Virus record (IMG/VR): IMGVR_UViG_3300024275_000016
Span: 1 to 41,446 of that record
Source: a virus
Taxonomy: Duplodnaviria; Caudoviricetes
Direction: 5' to 3' (one strand)
Length of the DNA stretch: 41,446 nucleotides
Position 1 is the stretch's first letter. Every line of letters begins with the position of its first letter. Made by a program: the position numbers and the translations under genes. Under the pieces are notes generated by a model, which saw only the letters and a program-made list of their open reading frames with translations, did no database searches and was not told the DNA's origin. This document shows, one piece after another, positions 24,998 through 34,811 of the stretch.

Positions 24998-25420
24998 CTA
25001 CACGGCCACCGACCCGAGGCTATAGCACGTGTACGCCTCGCTGCCGACAGTGACGTTGGTGAAGACGATCGTGAACGACTTGGCGAAATTCTGCGCAATC
25101 GTCATGGTGCCTGAAGCCGTGCCGCCCGTCCCCACCGCGATCGTGATAGCGATGGCGGTTGAGGATGTGTTGCGGACATGGAAGGTGAAACTCGTGCCCA
25201 CCAGGCATCCCTGGATTGCTTCCACCAGGTCTGAGGCGTTGGGCAGGGTATCGGTACGCGCGCCGCCATTGCCATCGCGCAGGAGGAGGCCGCCCAGCAC
25301 CTGGTCGGTGGTGAGGGTGACCGCTCCCGCGGTGCTGTAGGTGGCGGGAACGATCAACGGGAAGGTCAGGGAAGCGAAACGGCCGTCTTTGAGGGCGAAA
25401 TGACTGGATACTCTTGGCAT
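24998..25420 (-). CDS. capsid-associated (decoration-like) protein
   Basis: 140 aa Thr-rich beta protein directly after the coat gene; AGGAG RBS. Confidence 0.6.
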   Translation of the reverse strand: MPRVSSHFALKDGRFASLTFPLIVPATYSTAGAVTLTTDQVLGGLLLRDGNGGARTDTLPNASDLVEAIQGCLVGTSFTFHVRNTSSTAIAITIAVGTGGTASGTMTIAQNFAKSFTIVFTNVTVGSEAYTCYSLGSVAV

Positions 25421-25433
25421 GTCGTTGTCTCCT

Positions 25434-26678
25434 TTATGCTCCGGCCACGCAGACCGCGCCGTTGTCCTGATACAAATTCCCGAAGCCTAAGAGACTGTCC
25501 ATACGGTTGATCTGCATCGACCGTACCGGGTCCCAGGCCTTGACCTTGCGGACGCTGATTCCCGTCTCCGGGTCCTGCGCCGCGCCCGAGTTCTCAACGG
25601 CCGTGGGCACGAAGAGCTTGGCCCCGACCAACGCAAAAGCAAATCGGGAGAGGCCGAGCCCGACCGTCCCTACCTTGCCGTTGGGCGACGTCGTTCCGGG
25701 CCACAACGTGAGGGCCGCGAGGTCCTGCGGGAGGGCGTCCACGTTGGCGTACTGCGACGTGGGCCCGTAGATCGCCGGCAGGATGCTGATCACGTCGGCC
25801 GCATTGCCGGCGCCAACCGCGGTCAGGTTGGCGGTGACGGTGAATGTTTTTGCCGTCGCCTTGCCGGGGATGCGCCTGGTCATCGGATTGACCTTGTTCA
25901 CATTCAGGATGCTGAATTTGTCGCCGGCCTTGAATGTGTCGCCTGCGGTCGCGTTGACCCAGAGGCGGGTGCCGGTCTGGTTGCTACCGTGGATCGTGAC
26001 GGCTCCGGCCCAGGTGCCCGCGGTGTGGGAGTACAGCGAGTTCGACTCGTAGAAGTCGAAGCCCGCGAGCTTGCCCAGGAACCCTTCCTTGAACATCTGC
26101 GAGACCTCGTCTCCCGGGTGGAAGATATTGGTGATGTTGCTGCCGATAGACGTCATCATGCTCGAGCTGGTCAGCATGCAGCGTTTACCCGGGGGACAGG
26201 CGTTTTCCATCAGGGCCTGGCGGGCCTGGTAGTAGGTGTTTACGGTGGTCGGGTCCGTGCCCAGAACGCCCACGATGTTGGACGCATTCTGATACGCGAA
26301 CTTCGCGCACCTGCTGTCGATGTCCTGGGCGATGGCCGCGGCGGCCGGGTCCAGGTACTGCTCGCGCAGTTCCGCTTCGCTGCGTTCGAGTTTGAGGGCG
26401 GCTTCGTAATCGTCCCATTCGAACGCGCACTGGATCCATTGATCCAGCACGATTGGCGTCGAGATGCGCGAAATGCCTTGCGGCGCGTATCCCATGCCGT
26501 CCGTGGTTAACATCCTCTGCGGGAACTTCACCTGGATGGTGGAGCCCGGCGCGAATTCTTTGCGGTAGTCTTTCTCCCAGCTGCGGTTGAAATACTCCGC
26601 GCATTCCAGTTTGTTGAGCAGGAGGCGTAATACCTCCATGCTCACCCAATTCGTGTTGACGAACGTGTTGGTTGCCAT
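25434..26678 (-). CDS. major capsid protein (P22 coat family)
   Basis: 414 aa; GSTIQVKFP, EQYLDPAAAAIAQDID, GKLAGFDFYES, KAGDKFSI.NV..VNP.T, RMDSLLGF. Confidence 0.9.
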   Translation of the reverse strand: MATNTFVNTNWVSMEVLRLLLNKLECAEYFNRSWEKDYRKEFAPGSTIQVKFPQRMLTTDGMGYAPQGISRISTPIVLDQWIQCAFEWDDYEAALKLERSEAELREQYLDPAAAAIAQDIDSRCAKFAYQNASNIVGVLGTDPTTVNTYYQARQALMENACPPGKRCMLTSSSMMTSIGSNITNIFHPGDEVSQMFKEGFLGKLAGFDFYESNSLYSHTAGTWAGAVTIHGSNQTGTRLWVNATAGDTFKAGDKFSILNVNKVNPMTRRIPGKATAKTFTVTANLTAVGAGNAADVISILPAIYGPTSQYANVDALPQDLAALTLWPGTTSPNGKVGTVGLGLSRFAFALVGAKLFVPTAVENSGAAQDPETGISVRKVKAWDPVRSMQINRMDSLLGFGNLYQDNGAVCVAGA

Positions 26679-26681
26679 CTA

Positions 26682-27704
26682 TCAGAGTCCCTTGCGTCGG
26701 GCGATTTCCCTGCGGTTCTGCTCTGCGCGGTAGGCAGTGAAATCGTCCTCCTTCACTGCGCGGTCCACTGCGTCGGGGGGCGGCGAGCTGCGTCCGCTGG
26801 TCTCCCTCGGTGGCGGGGGCGCACTGGTTGTCTTTTTGGCAGGTAGAAACTTTCCGGTCTCATCGCGCTGGGCCGATTCACCGTTACTGGAGGCCTTCGG
26901 AGTGCCACCCTTGGCGAGCTCCTCCTGCACCAGTTTTTCGACCAGCACCAATTTGCGGATCGCCGCGCCAGGGTTGCTCTTGGCGAGCGACACAAATTCG
27001 GCCAGTTCGTCGGCATTACTCCCCATCACATACATGAGATCGACTAACACGGGTGAGTCATTGGCCAGAGCCTTGACCGCCAGGGGGATTCCGTCGTCAT
27101 TGAAGACATCCCGGGCGGTGCTGCGGATCTGATCCTCGGCGTCGTCGCCGTAGCGTTTCTTCGCGTCGGCGAGTTTATCCGAGATGACCTTCTGCTCGGC
27201 CTTCTGCCGCTCCTCGGCACGGTAGGCTTCCAGCCTCTGGTTGGCCTTGGTATCGGCCAGGTCCTCCAGGTAGGCCTCGATCGAGTCGTAATCTTCAAGC
27301 TTTTTGACTTGGGATGCTGGCGGCTTTACGGGTGGCTCCGGTGCTGCTTTCGCCTGCTCCTGCTTCACTTCACGCTTGAATGATTTAAGCTCACTGGGGG
27401 TTAGTCCGGCCGTGCGGAGGTCGGCTAGAAGTTCCTCTAGCCTCGACTCTGCGTTAGATCGTTTCTTTTCCTGCTGTGGTTTACCTGCTTCCGGGGCAGG
27501 GGCGGCTTTTTCAGGCTTATCGCCATCGGATGACTCTTTTGCGGGTGCCGATTCCGCGGACGGCAGTTTCCCGGTCTTGCGCCATTCCGCATAGTCCTTT
27601 GGATCGGTAGGGACCGATATAGGCTCTGCTGAAGGCTTAGACTCGGGAGTACTTGGTGGTGGTGCCGCGGGTGACGATTCCGCGGGTATCGCTACGTCTG
27701 GCAT
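26682..27704 (-). CDS. capsid scaffolding protein
   Basis: Charged, Pro-rich coiled coil between portal and coat; KLEDYDSIEAYLEDLA. Confidence 0.8.
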   Translation of the reverse strand: MPDVAIPAESSPAAPPPSTPESKPSAEPISVPTDPKDYAEWRKTGKLPSAESAPAKESSDGDKPEKAAPAPEAGKPQQEKKRSNAESRLEELLADLRTAGLTPSELKSFKREVKQEQAKAAPEPPVKPPASQVKKLEDYDSIEAYLEDLADTKANQRLEAYRAEERQKAEQKVISDKLADAKKRYGDDAEDQIRSTARDVFNDDGIPLAVKALANDSPVLVDLMYVMGSNADELAEFVSLAKSNPGAAIRKLVLVEKLVQEELAKGGTPKASSNGESAQRDETGKFLPAKKTTSAPPPPRETSGRSSPPPDAVDRAVKEDDFTAYRAEQNRREIARRKGL

Positions 27705-27707
27705 AAA

Positions 27708-29903
27708 TTATTCCTGTGAAGGTTCCTGTGGAGCCGCGGCCTGCTGCTCCATGGCGGCCTGTTGCTGTTGCTGCGCCATATCCTGTTCGTGGGCCTGGCC
27801 CTGGTCCTCTAAACCCTGTTCGTGCTCCTGCTGGGCGCCTTGCTGCTCCATGCCCTGCTGGTGCTCCTGCTGCGCCATGGCCTGTTCATGCTGCTGGTCT
27901 ACTACTTGCATGCCGTGCTCGTGGGCCTGGTCATGCAGTTGCGTCCACAGGTCATTGATGAATTGGGCGCGCTCACTCAAAACCTGTGCCTTAGTCGTAA
28001 TTTCTGCCTTCGTGATGTCGGCATCGATTTTCATCTTCTCGATGCGCATCTTGTACTCGTTGTCCACGATCTTGCTCTGCTTCTCCTGGAATAACTTCGC
28101 AACCTCCTGCTGCAGTTGCTGGTTGGTGGCCTGCAGCTGCTGCATCTGCGCCTGTGCCTGCTGCACTGCCTGCTGAGCCTGAGGGGGCAGTTGTGGGCCT
28201 TGCTTCGGAGGGCTGATAATCTCCGCCATCTGATCGCCCTTGGGGCCAAGCTGTTTCATCTGGATGGCGAGCGAGAGTAGTTCGGCGGCCTGCGGCGGAG
28301 CGACGGGGAGCTTGCCGAGGTTGGCGACCAGCGTGTCCAGGAAATCGGACGCCGCATCACGCTGTGATTCGTTAGATGGCCCGGTCGAGATGGTGATATC
28401 GTGCCGGCCCTCTTCGACCTTGTACTGCTCCTGCTCGCCTTGGGGAGTCTGATATGGTCCCTCTGTGTTGATGCGGACTACCTTGTGGGTGTCGTCCGGG
28501 TGACGGATTGCCACTGCCCTCTCGGTGTCATAGACCACCGGAATCCATGAGTCGATGACGCGGCCCGCGAAACACAGGGCGCGCTCGAAGTTGTCCACGA
28601 AGTGGAAGCTGCCGATGGCCTGCTGTGCCTGGATCTTCTCGAGAGCAATGCCGGACTTCTGGCTATCGCGCTGCATGGCGGTCGGTAACGGGCTGATTCC
28701 CATGGCGCTCTGGATGGCACGCCGGCAGGAGTCTTTGGCCATTTCATACGCCGCAAAATTCGGGGTGAAGGATTCGCGCCGCGGCGCCGGCAGGATCTGC
28801 CCGTTGGCAGAGTCCGGTATCGGGTCCACCTGCAGGTAGGCATGCGGGACTTTCGTGGCCGTGTCCCACGCTTCCTTGTCGGTCTCAAATTGCCCGACGT
28901 ACCCGACGTATGGAGTTTTCGGCGTGAGGCCGGCCTCTTCCATCTGCTGGGAGACAAGGTAGGCCAGGGACATCTGGGGGTCGCGCGCCAGGCGCACCAT
29001 GGAGAAGAGACGCCGCTCAGGGCCGCCGCCCTCGTCCACCCAACGCTCGAGGCCCACGAAGGGAATCACCGGGATATGCTCGCCGGGCTGCGGGTTGGTC
29101 TCGAGGATCTCAATTCCGTTGGTGATGTATTGGACTACCGTTTTCTTCTCGATCTTCCGGGTGTGGGCCTTGTTCCACTCCCGCTTGGTCTCGACCTTCC
29201 AATATTCGGCGACCAGGATGGTCTTGTCCTGGATCCAGTCCTTGGCGATGCGCCGGTCCTCTTCAGAGAAGTCGGTGGTTTCGGCGTCTGGGTACTGTTG
29301 TTCGAAGTCTTCCTTGCGCAGCGGGTCCAGCACGAAGACTCTTTGCGCGTCGGACCAGTCGGCCTGCTTGCAATCCGGGTCATATAAAACAGACTCCGGG
29401 TTGGGGATGTTCGCAATGTAGATTTCCTGGTCGTCGGGTCCCTCGGGGTCCTGCGAGATGTACCGCCTGCCGATGCGGATGAACCCGTAGCTGCCCTCGA
29501 GCATGGCCTGGAATGCCGTGACGTAGGAGCTTTGCGCCTGGCTCTTATACTCGATGCCGCGGATCAGGTTCTGCCGGAACTCGGCGCTCTTGTCGTCGGC
29601 CCCGTCGCCGCCCGGCTCGACCTTGATGCCTCGCTTATTGGATCGCAGGTTGCCGCATGCGGAGTTGACATACTGTTGAAGTTCGTCATGGTTGATTGCC
29701 GGCCGGCCGGCCTTTTTCCGGGCGTCGAAGTCTTCCTTGCTCCACGGCTCGCCGCAGATGTAGCGCATATCGGTGCGCCGCTCGTCGCGGATCTTCCTCC
29801 ACCGGTCCTCAAAGTACTGATAGGTGTCCCTAATTTCTTTGAGCAGGGCTTCGTCGCCGCGCGTCGATTCTTCGCGGCCGGTGTCGTATGCTGTGGCAGG
29901 CAT
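27708..29903 (-). CDS. portal protein (P22-like)
   Basis: 731 aa; GRPAINHDEL, SVLYDPD..DWSDA, IPVIPFVG, SGIAL, VYDTER, DITISTGPS..QR; Gln-rich tail. Confidence 0.9.
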   Translation of the reverse strand: MPATAYDTGREESTRGDEALLKEIRDTYQYFEDRWRKIRDERRTDMRYICGEPWSKEDFDARKKAGRPAINHDELQQYVNSACGNLRSNKRGIKVEPGGDGADDKSAEFRQNLIRGIEYKSQAQSSYVTAFQAMLEGSYGFIRIGRRYISQDPEGPDDQEIYIANIPNPESVLYDPDCKQADWSDAQRVFVLDPLRKEDFEQQYPDAETTDFSEEDRRIAKDWIQDKTILVAEYWKVETKREWNKAHTRKIEKKTVVQYITNGIEILETNPQPGEHIPVIPFVGLERWVDEGGGPERRLFSMVRLARDPQMSLAYLVSQQMEEAGLTPKTPYVGYVGQFETDKEAWDTATKVPHAYLQVDPIPDSANGQILPAPRRESFTPNFAAYEMAKDSCRRAIQSAMGISPLPTAMQRDSQKSGIALEKIQAQQAIGSFHFVDNFERALCFAGRVIDSWIPVVYDTERAVAIRHPDDTHKVVRINTEGPYQTPQGEQEQYKVEEGRHDITISTGPSNESQRDAASDFLDTLVANLGKLPVAPPQAAELLSLAIQMKQLGPKGDQMAEIISPPKQGPQLPPQAQQAVQQAQAQMQQLQATNQQLQQEVAKLFQEKQSKIVDNEYKMRIEKMKIDADITKAEITTKAQVLSERAQFINDLWTQLHDQAHEHGMQVVDQQHEQAMAQQEHQQGMEQQGAQQEHEQGLEDQGQAHEQDMAQQQQQAAMEQQAAAPQEPSQE

Positions 29904-29906
29904 TTT

Positions 29907-30095
29907 CTAACGGTGGGGGCCGATGCGGTAGCCGCTCATGAGCCCGGAGAGTTGCAGTAGCCAGATGCAGAGGAACAGCACCACCACGATCGTGATGATC
30001 GTTTTAATGGGCGCCGCCATCGGGATATAGGTCTGTATTAACCAGAGGACTACTCCCACGATGACCAAAATAAACAGCACTTGAATGATGTCCAT
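29907..30095 (-). CDS. small two-helix membrane protein (holin candidate)
   Basis: IIQVLFILVIVGVVLWLIQTYIPMAAPIKTIITIVVVLFLCIWLL. Confidence 0.65.
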   Translation of the reverse strand: MDIIQVLFILVIVGVVLWLIQTYIPMAAPIKTIITIVVVLFLCIWLLQLSGLMSGYRIGPHR

Positions 30096-30097
30096 TG

Positions 30098-30616
30098 TCA
30101 GTCCCTCACAGCGGGGCAATCGGGACAGATTTCCAGCCCGTCCCCGCGCAGTTCGTCCCAGGTCCAGCCGGCATGGCGAAGCTTCCAGACGGCATCGCGT
30201 TTACTGTGACCATGGAAGGTGGCAGCCTTCGTACACTTCCTGCAGGTAACCGAAAGCTCGAATTCGGATAGGGCCTCATCCACCAGGCGCTCGATTGTGC
30301 GGAGGTCCTGCGCCAGGTAGGGGTGCAGCTTTCCCTCGGCGTCTATCGTGGGGAGTTGCTGGGCTTCGGCCTTGGCGCCGGCCTCGGCCAGGTATACGTC
30401 CAATGGCCGCGGTTCGAAGCCTAGATGCGGACGCAGCGCCTCGTACATATTTCGCCTCTCACCTGGTTCGCACTTGATGAGCGCCCGCCGGAACTGGTCG
30501 TGCCCTTCGATCAGAAAGCCAAGGTGCGCCGCCATCCCCCCCGGGTCCTCCAGGGTCGCCAGGCCGCGCGATCCCAGGTAGCGGTTGATTGCCTGGCGCT
30601 CACCCGAGGATGGCAT
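30098..30616 (-). CDS. hypothetical protein with C-terminal zinc ribbon
   Basis: CRKC..AGWT..CPDC; GGAGG RBS before ATG 30616. Confidence 0.65.
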   Translation of the reverse strand: MPSSGERQAINRYLGSRGLATLEDPGGMAAHLGFLIEGHDQFRRALIKCEPGERRNMYEALRPHLGFEPRPLDVYLAEAGAKAEAQQLPTIDAEGKLHPYLAQDLRTIERLVDEALSEFELSVTCRKCTKAATFHGHSKRDAVWKLRHAGWTWDELRGDGLEICPDCPAVRD

Positions 30617-30824
30617 CGGCCTTCCTCCGGATCTTCGCTGCCTGTGCCGCGGATAGCTTGGCCTCATGCTTCTTCTGCATGGCCTTCCCCTTGAGGGTTT
30701 CCTGGTTGCCCTTCATGGCGCCCATATTGTTGAGGGCTCCGTAGGTGTATCGGTCGGCCGCGTCACCCTTCAGTCCCTGCGCCGCGGCCGCTTTTTGCAG
30801 TACGTTTTCCAGAAATTTAGGCAT
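30600..30824 (-). CDS. small basic hypothetical protein
   Basis: [20 protein letters not shown]; GAGG RBS. Confidence 0.6.
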   Translation of the reverse strand: MPKFLENVLQKAAAAQGLKGDAADRYTYGALNNMGAMKGNQETLKGKAMQKKHEAKLSAAQAAKIRRKADAILG

Positions 30825-30884
30825 GTCACCTCGTTGCGTGGCGTTGCATGGCGTTGCATGCAGATCGTGGTTATTTGACAACGG

Positions 30885-31241
30885 TCAATTCACCGTGAAT
30901 CTCAACCCCGCAGATGTCCCGCCCCCCGGAGCCGGGTTGAAGACCGTTACCGTGGCCGCACCGGCCACTGCCACGTCTGTCCTTGTAATCGCTGCTTTCA
31001 ACTGCGTTGCGCTTACGTAGGTGGTCGGCCGCGGCGCCCCGTTCCACTTCACCACCGACCCGCTGATGAAGCCCGTGCCGCCCACTGTCAGCGTGAGGGC
31101 CGTGCCGCCGGCCGTCGCCGTATTGGGCACGATTGACGTGAGACCAGGCGCGGGGTTGGGATCGGGAACTGTTCCGGCAGGCAGGTAAGCGAACCCTTCA
31201 CCGCCCCCCTTCTGCGTAAAGGTCGCCGGCGTGGGGGTCAT
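30885..31241 (-). CDS. IPT/TIG Ig-like domain protein
   Basis: [54 protein letters not shown]. Confidence 0.8.
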   Translation of the reverse strand: MTPTPATFTQKGGGEGFAYLPAGTVPDPNPAPGLTSIVPNTATAGGTALTLTVGGTGFISGSVVKWNGAPRPTTYVSATQLKAAITRTDVAVAGAATVTVFNPAPGGGTSAGLRFTVN

Positions 31242-31525
31242 TTTGCGCGCACGCCGATGGTGGTGTCCGCACTGGCGAACACGCCCAGCCCGGTGTTACT
31301 TTCCACGTTCAACCCGTTTGCCGACCAGTTGGCCGGTAACTGTAGTGAGTTGGGGTCGGTGGCGGTTGGATCCTTGTCTGCCCGGATAAAGACCGCGCCT
31401 GGTCCGAGGTTCAGGACATCGACCTGCCGGAGTCCCCCGGCCCCGGGAGGCAGCTTGAGACGGTACACTCCGCTTGCGGCCGTGATGGCCACCGTGTTGT
31501 ACAAACTGAGAATCACGTTAGGCAT
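31238..31525 (-). CDS. hypothetical beta-rich protein
   Basis: 95-aa ORF coupled in the late operon. Confidence 0.6.
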   Translation of the reverse strand: MPNVILSLYNTVAITAASGVYRLKLPPGAGGLRQVDVLNLGPGAVFIRADKDPTATDPNSLQLPANWSANGLNVESNTGLGVFASADTTIGVRAK

Positions 31526-31700
31526 CTACTCACCTTTATTGCTCCTGTCCCACAACTCCCTGGTGGGACAGGAGCAACTCAGCATCGCCTCTTCCTTGAG
31601 CCAGTCCTGCGCCCCGAGACGCAAGCCGAATTCTTCGGCGCCGGCACGTATCTGGTCCCCGATGGCCGACTCTTCCTGAGCGCACCGGGAGCGGCCAATG

Positions 31701-31907
31701 TCAGCCGGCATCGCTCTCTTCAATCGGCACACATTCGAAATGCGCGTAAAACTCTGCGGTGTCCGAGTCCATCTCGCGGCACACGTCGCGCAGCCTGAAC
31801 CACGTCTCGGCCTCGTCGCCGTCATCGTCAGTCACCGGACCGATTACGATGATTTCCAGGCCGTCGTCAAGCGATTCGAGCTGTTTCTTGAGTTGTCCTA
31901 CCGTCAT
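31701..31907 (-). CDS. small acidic hypothetical protein
   Basis: MTVGQLKKQLESLDDGLEI, a common phage N-terminal motif; ATGA overlap. Confidence 0.55.
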   Translation of the reverse strand: MTVGQLKKQLESLDDGLEIIVIGPVTDDDGDEAETWFRLRDVCREMDSDTAEFYAHFECVPIEESDAG

Positions 31908-32377
31908 CGCCTGCGGGCCGCGGTGCTCTGTGTGACCGTAAACGTTTTGCCGTTGACATAGAAGTGGGCCACTCGCTCCGCTCCGGCATTGGCCGCGACA
32001 TTGTAATTGACCTGGCCATCCGTGGATTGGGGCGTCAACGGTGAGGTGAGCGTGAGCCAGGTCGCGGAGGCGTCCTTGTCCACGGTCCATGTGCCACTCG
32101 TACCCGGCCCGGTGATTGTGACGGTGAAGTTTCCCGTTCCGCCGGCCGCGTCCACCGTATCGCTGGTGGGCGATATCGTGACCGGGGGCACACCGGGCAG
32201 CGGTTCCTCGGGTATATCCTCAATCTCGGAGCGCTGCCTGGGGTCCTCAAGGTTCCAAATCATGGCCCGATCCTGGTTGATCAGCGCTACAGCGTCCTGG
32301 TCCGGGGCGTCGAGAAGGTCCTCCGGGGCATACACTGTTCCGCCGTACTCGAATCTGGTTCTCGCTTTCAGTCGCAT
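31904..32377 (-). CDS. BACON-like Ig domain protein
   Basis: ISPTS.TVDAAGGTGNFTV..WT...WLTL..VNYNVAAN.GAER....VNGKTFTVTQ. Confidence 0.75.
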   Translation of the reverse strand: MRLKARTRFEYGGTVYAPEDLLDAPDQDAVALINQDRAMIWNLEDPRQRSEIEDIPEEPLPGVPPVTISPTSDTVDAAGGTGNFTVTITGPGTSGTWTVDKDASATWLTLTSPLTPQSTDGQVNYNVAANAGAERVAHFYVNGKTFTVTQSTAARRR

Positions 32378-32465
32378 AAAATTACCCTCCGGGGTTGCGG
32401 GTGGGCAGCACTTTGCCTTGGCGTAGCGGGCGGTGCTACGTTACTGCTGCCCCCGGGCATCTCAA

Positions 32466-32996
32466 TTACTTGGGTTGCGGCTGGGGAGGCCAAATGTCGG
32501 CTCCCTGTACGACCAGCCAGCGGTAGCCGACTCCTACCACCCAAATTAAAATCAGGGCTTTCCCGCTGATCCCGGCTCCCGGCGGCAAGGGGGGCCAAAT
32601 GGTGGCCGGCGGCATCGGTAGCGAATTGTCGATCGCCGGTGGCGTACCCGGCAGATCGTGGTCAATCTCCGGCTGCTCTTCCGGCAAGCCATGACTCGGA
32701 TATCCCGGCGAGCCAGGTAGCCCCTGATCAGGATGTCCAGCGGTAGGAGGCAAACCATGACTGGGCCGGCCGGGATAAATCACGATGGGGTGCGATGGGA
32801 CCGTGGGCCGGGTCGGGGGCCAGACACCTACCGGGGGGCTGGGCCACACTCCAGGCGGTAGCGGAGGAAGCGAATCCGGGGGCCAGATAGCAGGCGGTGT
32901 GGGAAGGCCCTGGTCAGGCGCGCCGGGAACGCCCGGCGGCAGGCCCTGGTCGGGATGGCCGCTACTGAGCGGCGTGATTAATGCGAGTTGTGACAT
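32466..32996 (-). CDS. proline-rich repeat protein
   Basis: Repeats PDQGLP / PSHGLP / IWPP; GAGG RBS. Confidence 0.7.
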   Translation of the reverse strand: MSQLALITPLSSGHPDQGLPPGVPGAPDQGLPTPPAIWPPDSLPPLPPGVWPSPPVGVWPPTRPTVPSHPIVIYPGRPSHGLPPTAGHPDQGLPGSPGYPSHGLPEEQPEIDHDLPGTPPAIDNSLPMPPATIWPPLPPGAGISGKALILIWVVGVGYRWLVVQGADIWPPQPQPK

Positions 32997-33057
32997 TTTA
33001 TGTTTCCTCTCTTTTTGTTCGTAAAACTTTAGCGGACAGGATCACCCTGTGAGCCAC

Positions 33058-34371
33058 TCAACTCCAAACGGTGGTCGGGATCCGCGGCTTGGGCACCGCC
33101 GCCGGAGGGGCCTTGGGCTGCCGCACCGCTACGGCAGCCCCACAGAAAGCACTCGAGGCATGAGAGGCCCAGTTGTGTAAGGGTTTCCTCTGCGCCACTC
33201 CCTCAGCGCTCAGGGCCGGCCACTGGTAGTGGCGCAGCGCCTGCAGCCCGTCTGCGCATTTCTGTTCGTCCCATCTGCATTGCGGGAATATGGTGCGTGC
33301 CGCATTGATCTGGTCGGTGATCAGCATTTTGGGCACGATCCGCGGCTTGCGGCCAGCCTGGCGCATCAGCATCTCGATCGACATCGAACGGTCGCCCTGC
33401 ATCTTGTGGTGGATGATCGTGTCCACGCCGTCATGCGGCAGCCAGTCGGTGCCGTAGACATAGCCCTTGTTCTGCAATTGGATCAGGTAATCTGAGATCT
33501 CGAGCTGGTCGCCTTCCAGGTAGTCGATGAAGTTGTACCAGCCGTCGTACACCTGGATGAACCAGATGCTCGTCGGGTCGCCAAATCCCAAGTCCCACAC
33601 CGTATGCACTGGGTGGGCCCGGTTGTAGGGAACCTGGCCGATCCGTCCCGCGGCCGTGGCGGCTTTCATGTGCGGCCCGAAGATGGCGCCCTCCACATCG
33701 CTTGTGGGGTCGCCCTCGTAGATGTGCCGGTAGGCTGCCTCGTCGGAGATCCGCAGGTGCTCGATGCGGGCCTTCGATATCTCCGAGAGCCAGAGGTTAT
33801 CGCGGTACGACGTCTTTACGACGACTGCGCCAGGCGGGGGGTCCAGCACCCAGCGCTTCCAGGTCTCGTCCGTCACCAGCTGCGGGTTGAAAGACAGCCA
33901 CACCTCGGAGCCCTCGGTGCGGATGGTGGGCAGGACCACCTCCCACGAGTCGCGGGACACGTTGTCTGCCTCCTCTACCCACACCCCGTTTAAACCCTCG
34001 TAGCTCTTGATTTGGGTCACGTTGTGGCGCAAGCCTGCGAACACGAACTCGCTGATACCCGGGTGTTGCATTGGCCGGCCGTACATGGCGTCCTGGTGTA
34101 GTTTCGTTCCGATGATGCGCGCCTTCTCCACCCGGTAGTAGTCCGTCAGGCCCAGCCGGACAATCTGTTCTCCGAGCAAGTGGTGGACGGATTCAGCGAG
34201 GCTCTGCATGGTTTCTCTGGCACACAGCCAGCGCACCCTGTTCTGGGCCCCCAGGATGAGCAGGGCCTGCGCCATGCTCCAGCTCTTGATGCCGTCCCTG
34301 CCCCCATAGAGAACTTTGTACGGCGCCGGGTCCATCAGGAATCGGAGCTTCTTAGGGAACTCAATCGTCAC
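33058..34371 (-). CDS. terL: terminase large subunit (PBSX family)
   Basis: YKVLYGGRDGIKS Walker A-like, WVEEA Walker B, SFNP, WDLGFGD nuclease motif. Confidence 0.93.
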   Translation of the reverse strand: MTIEFPKKLRFLMDPAPYKVLYGGRDGIKSWSMAQALLILGAQNRVRWLCARETMQSLAESVHHLLGEQIVRLGLTDYYRVEKARIIGTKLHQDAMYGRPMQHPGISEFVFAGLRHNVTQIKSYEGLNGVWVEEADNVSRDSWEVVLPTIRTEGSEVWLSFNPQLVTDETWKRWVLDPPPGAVVVKTSYRDNLWLSEISKARIEHLRISDEAAYRHIYEGDPTSDVEGAIFGPHMKAATAAGRIGQVPYNRAHPVHTVWDLGFGDPTSIWFIQVYDGWYNFIDYLEGDQLEISDYLIQLQNKGYVYGTDWLPHDGVDTIIHHKMQGDRSMSIEMLMRQAGRKPRIVPKMLITDQINAARTIFPQCRWDEQKCADGLQALRHYQWPALSAEGVAQRKPLHNWASHASSAFCGAAVAVRQPKAPPAAVPKPRIPTTVWS

Positions 34372-34811
34372 GACTGGATGCGTTCGACAAAAACGACCTC
34401 AAGTTTACTTTCGATAGGTCCACCGGCTGGACCGGTGTGCTCGTAACGCTCCCGGTATTTCTCCGGCCTGGCGCCGCGGAGCAGGAACTGGAGCAGGGAG
34501 TCGGAGTACTTGCGGATGGCCAGCGGCTGGTCGGAGCGCTTCATCCGGCCGTCTTTCCCCTTCACCTTGTCGTAGGTGAATTTGCCCTTGAAGACCACAG
34601 GCTCATCCACCCCGTAGACCGCACGCCGCAGGGCCTCCTCTTCCAGCACTCCGATCGCGACTTCGGTCGCTTCGGCGAATGCCGCGGCGTACTTCTTGTC
34701 CTTCCGCAGTCGTCGGTAATGTTGATCTCGGCAGATGCCGGCCGCTTCAGATGCCCTGGCGATGCTGCCAGTCTCCTGGTAGCACTTCAGGAATACGCTA
34801 GAGCGATTCAT
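34368..34811 (-). CDS. terS: terminase small subunit
   Basis: N-terminal HTH-like segment; LEEEALRRAVYGV, KYSDSLLQFLLRGARPEKYR, EHTGPAGGPI. Confidence 0.8.
   Translation of the reverse strand: MNRSSVFLKCYQETGSIARASEAAGICRDQHYRRLRKDKKYAAAFAEATEVAIGVLEEEALRRAVYGVDEPVVFKGKFTYDKVKGKDGRMKRSDQPLAIRKYSDSLLQFLLRGARPEKYRERYEHTGPAGGPIESKLEVVFVERIQS

Noticed and set aside
30833-30862. 10-bp tandem repeat GTTGCRTGGC x3
   Set aside because: Short, with no associated feature; function cannot be supported
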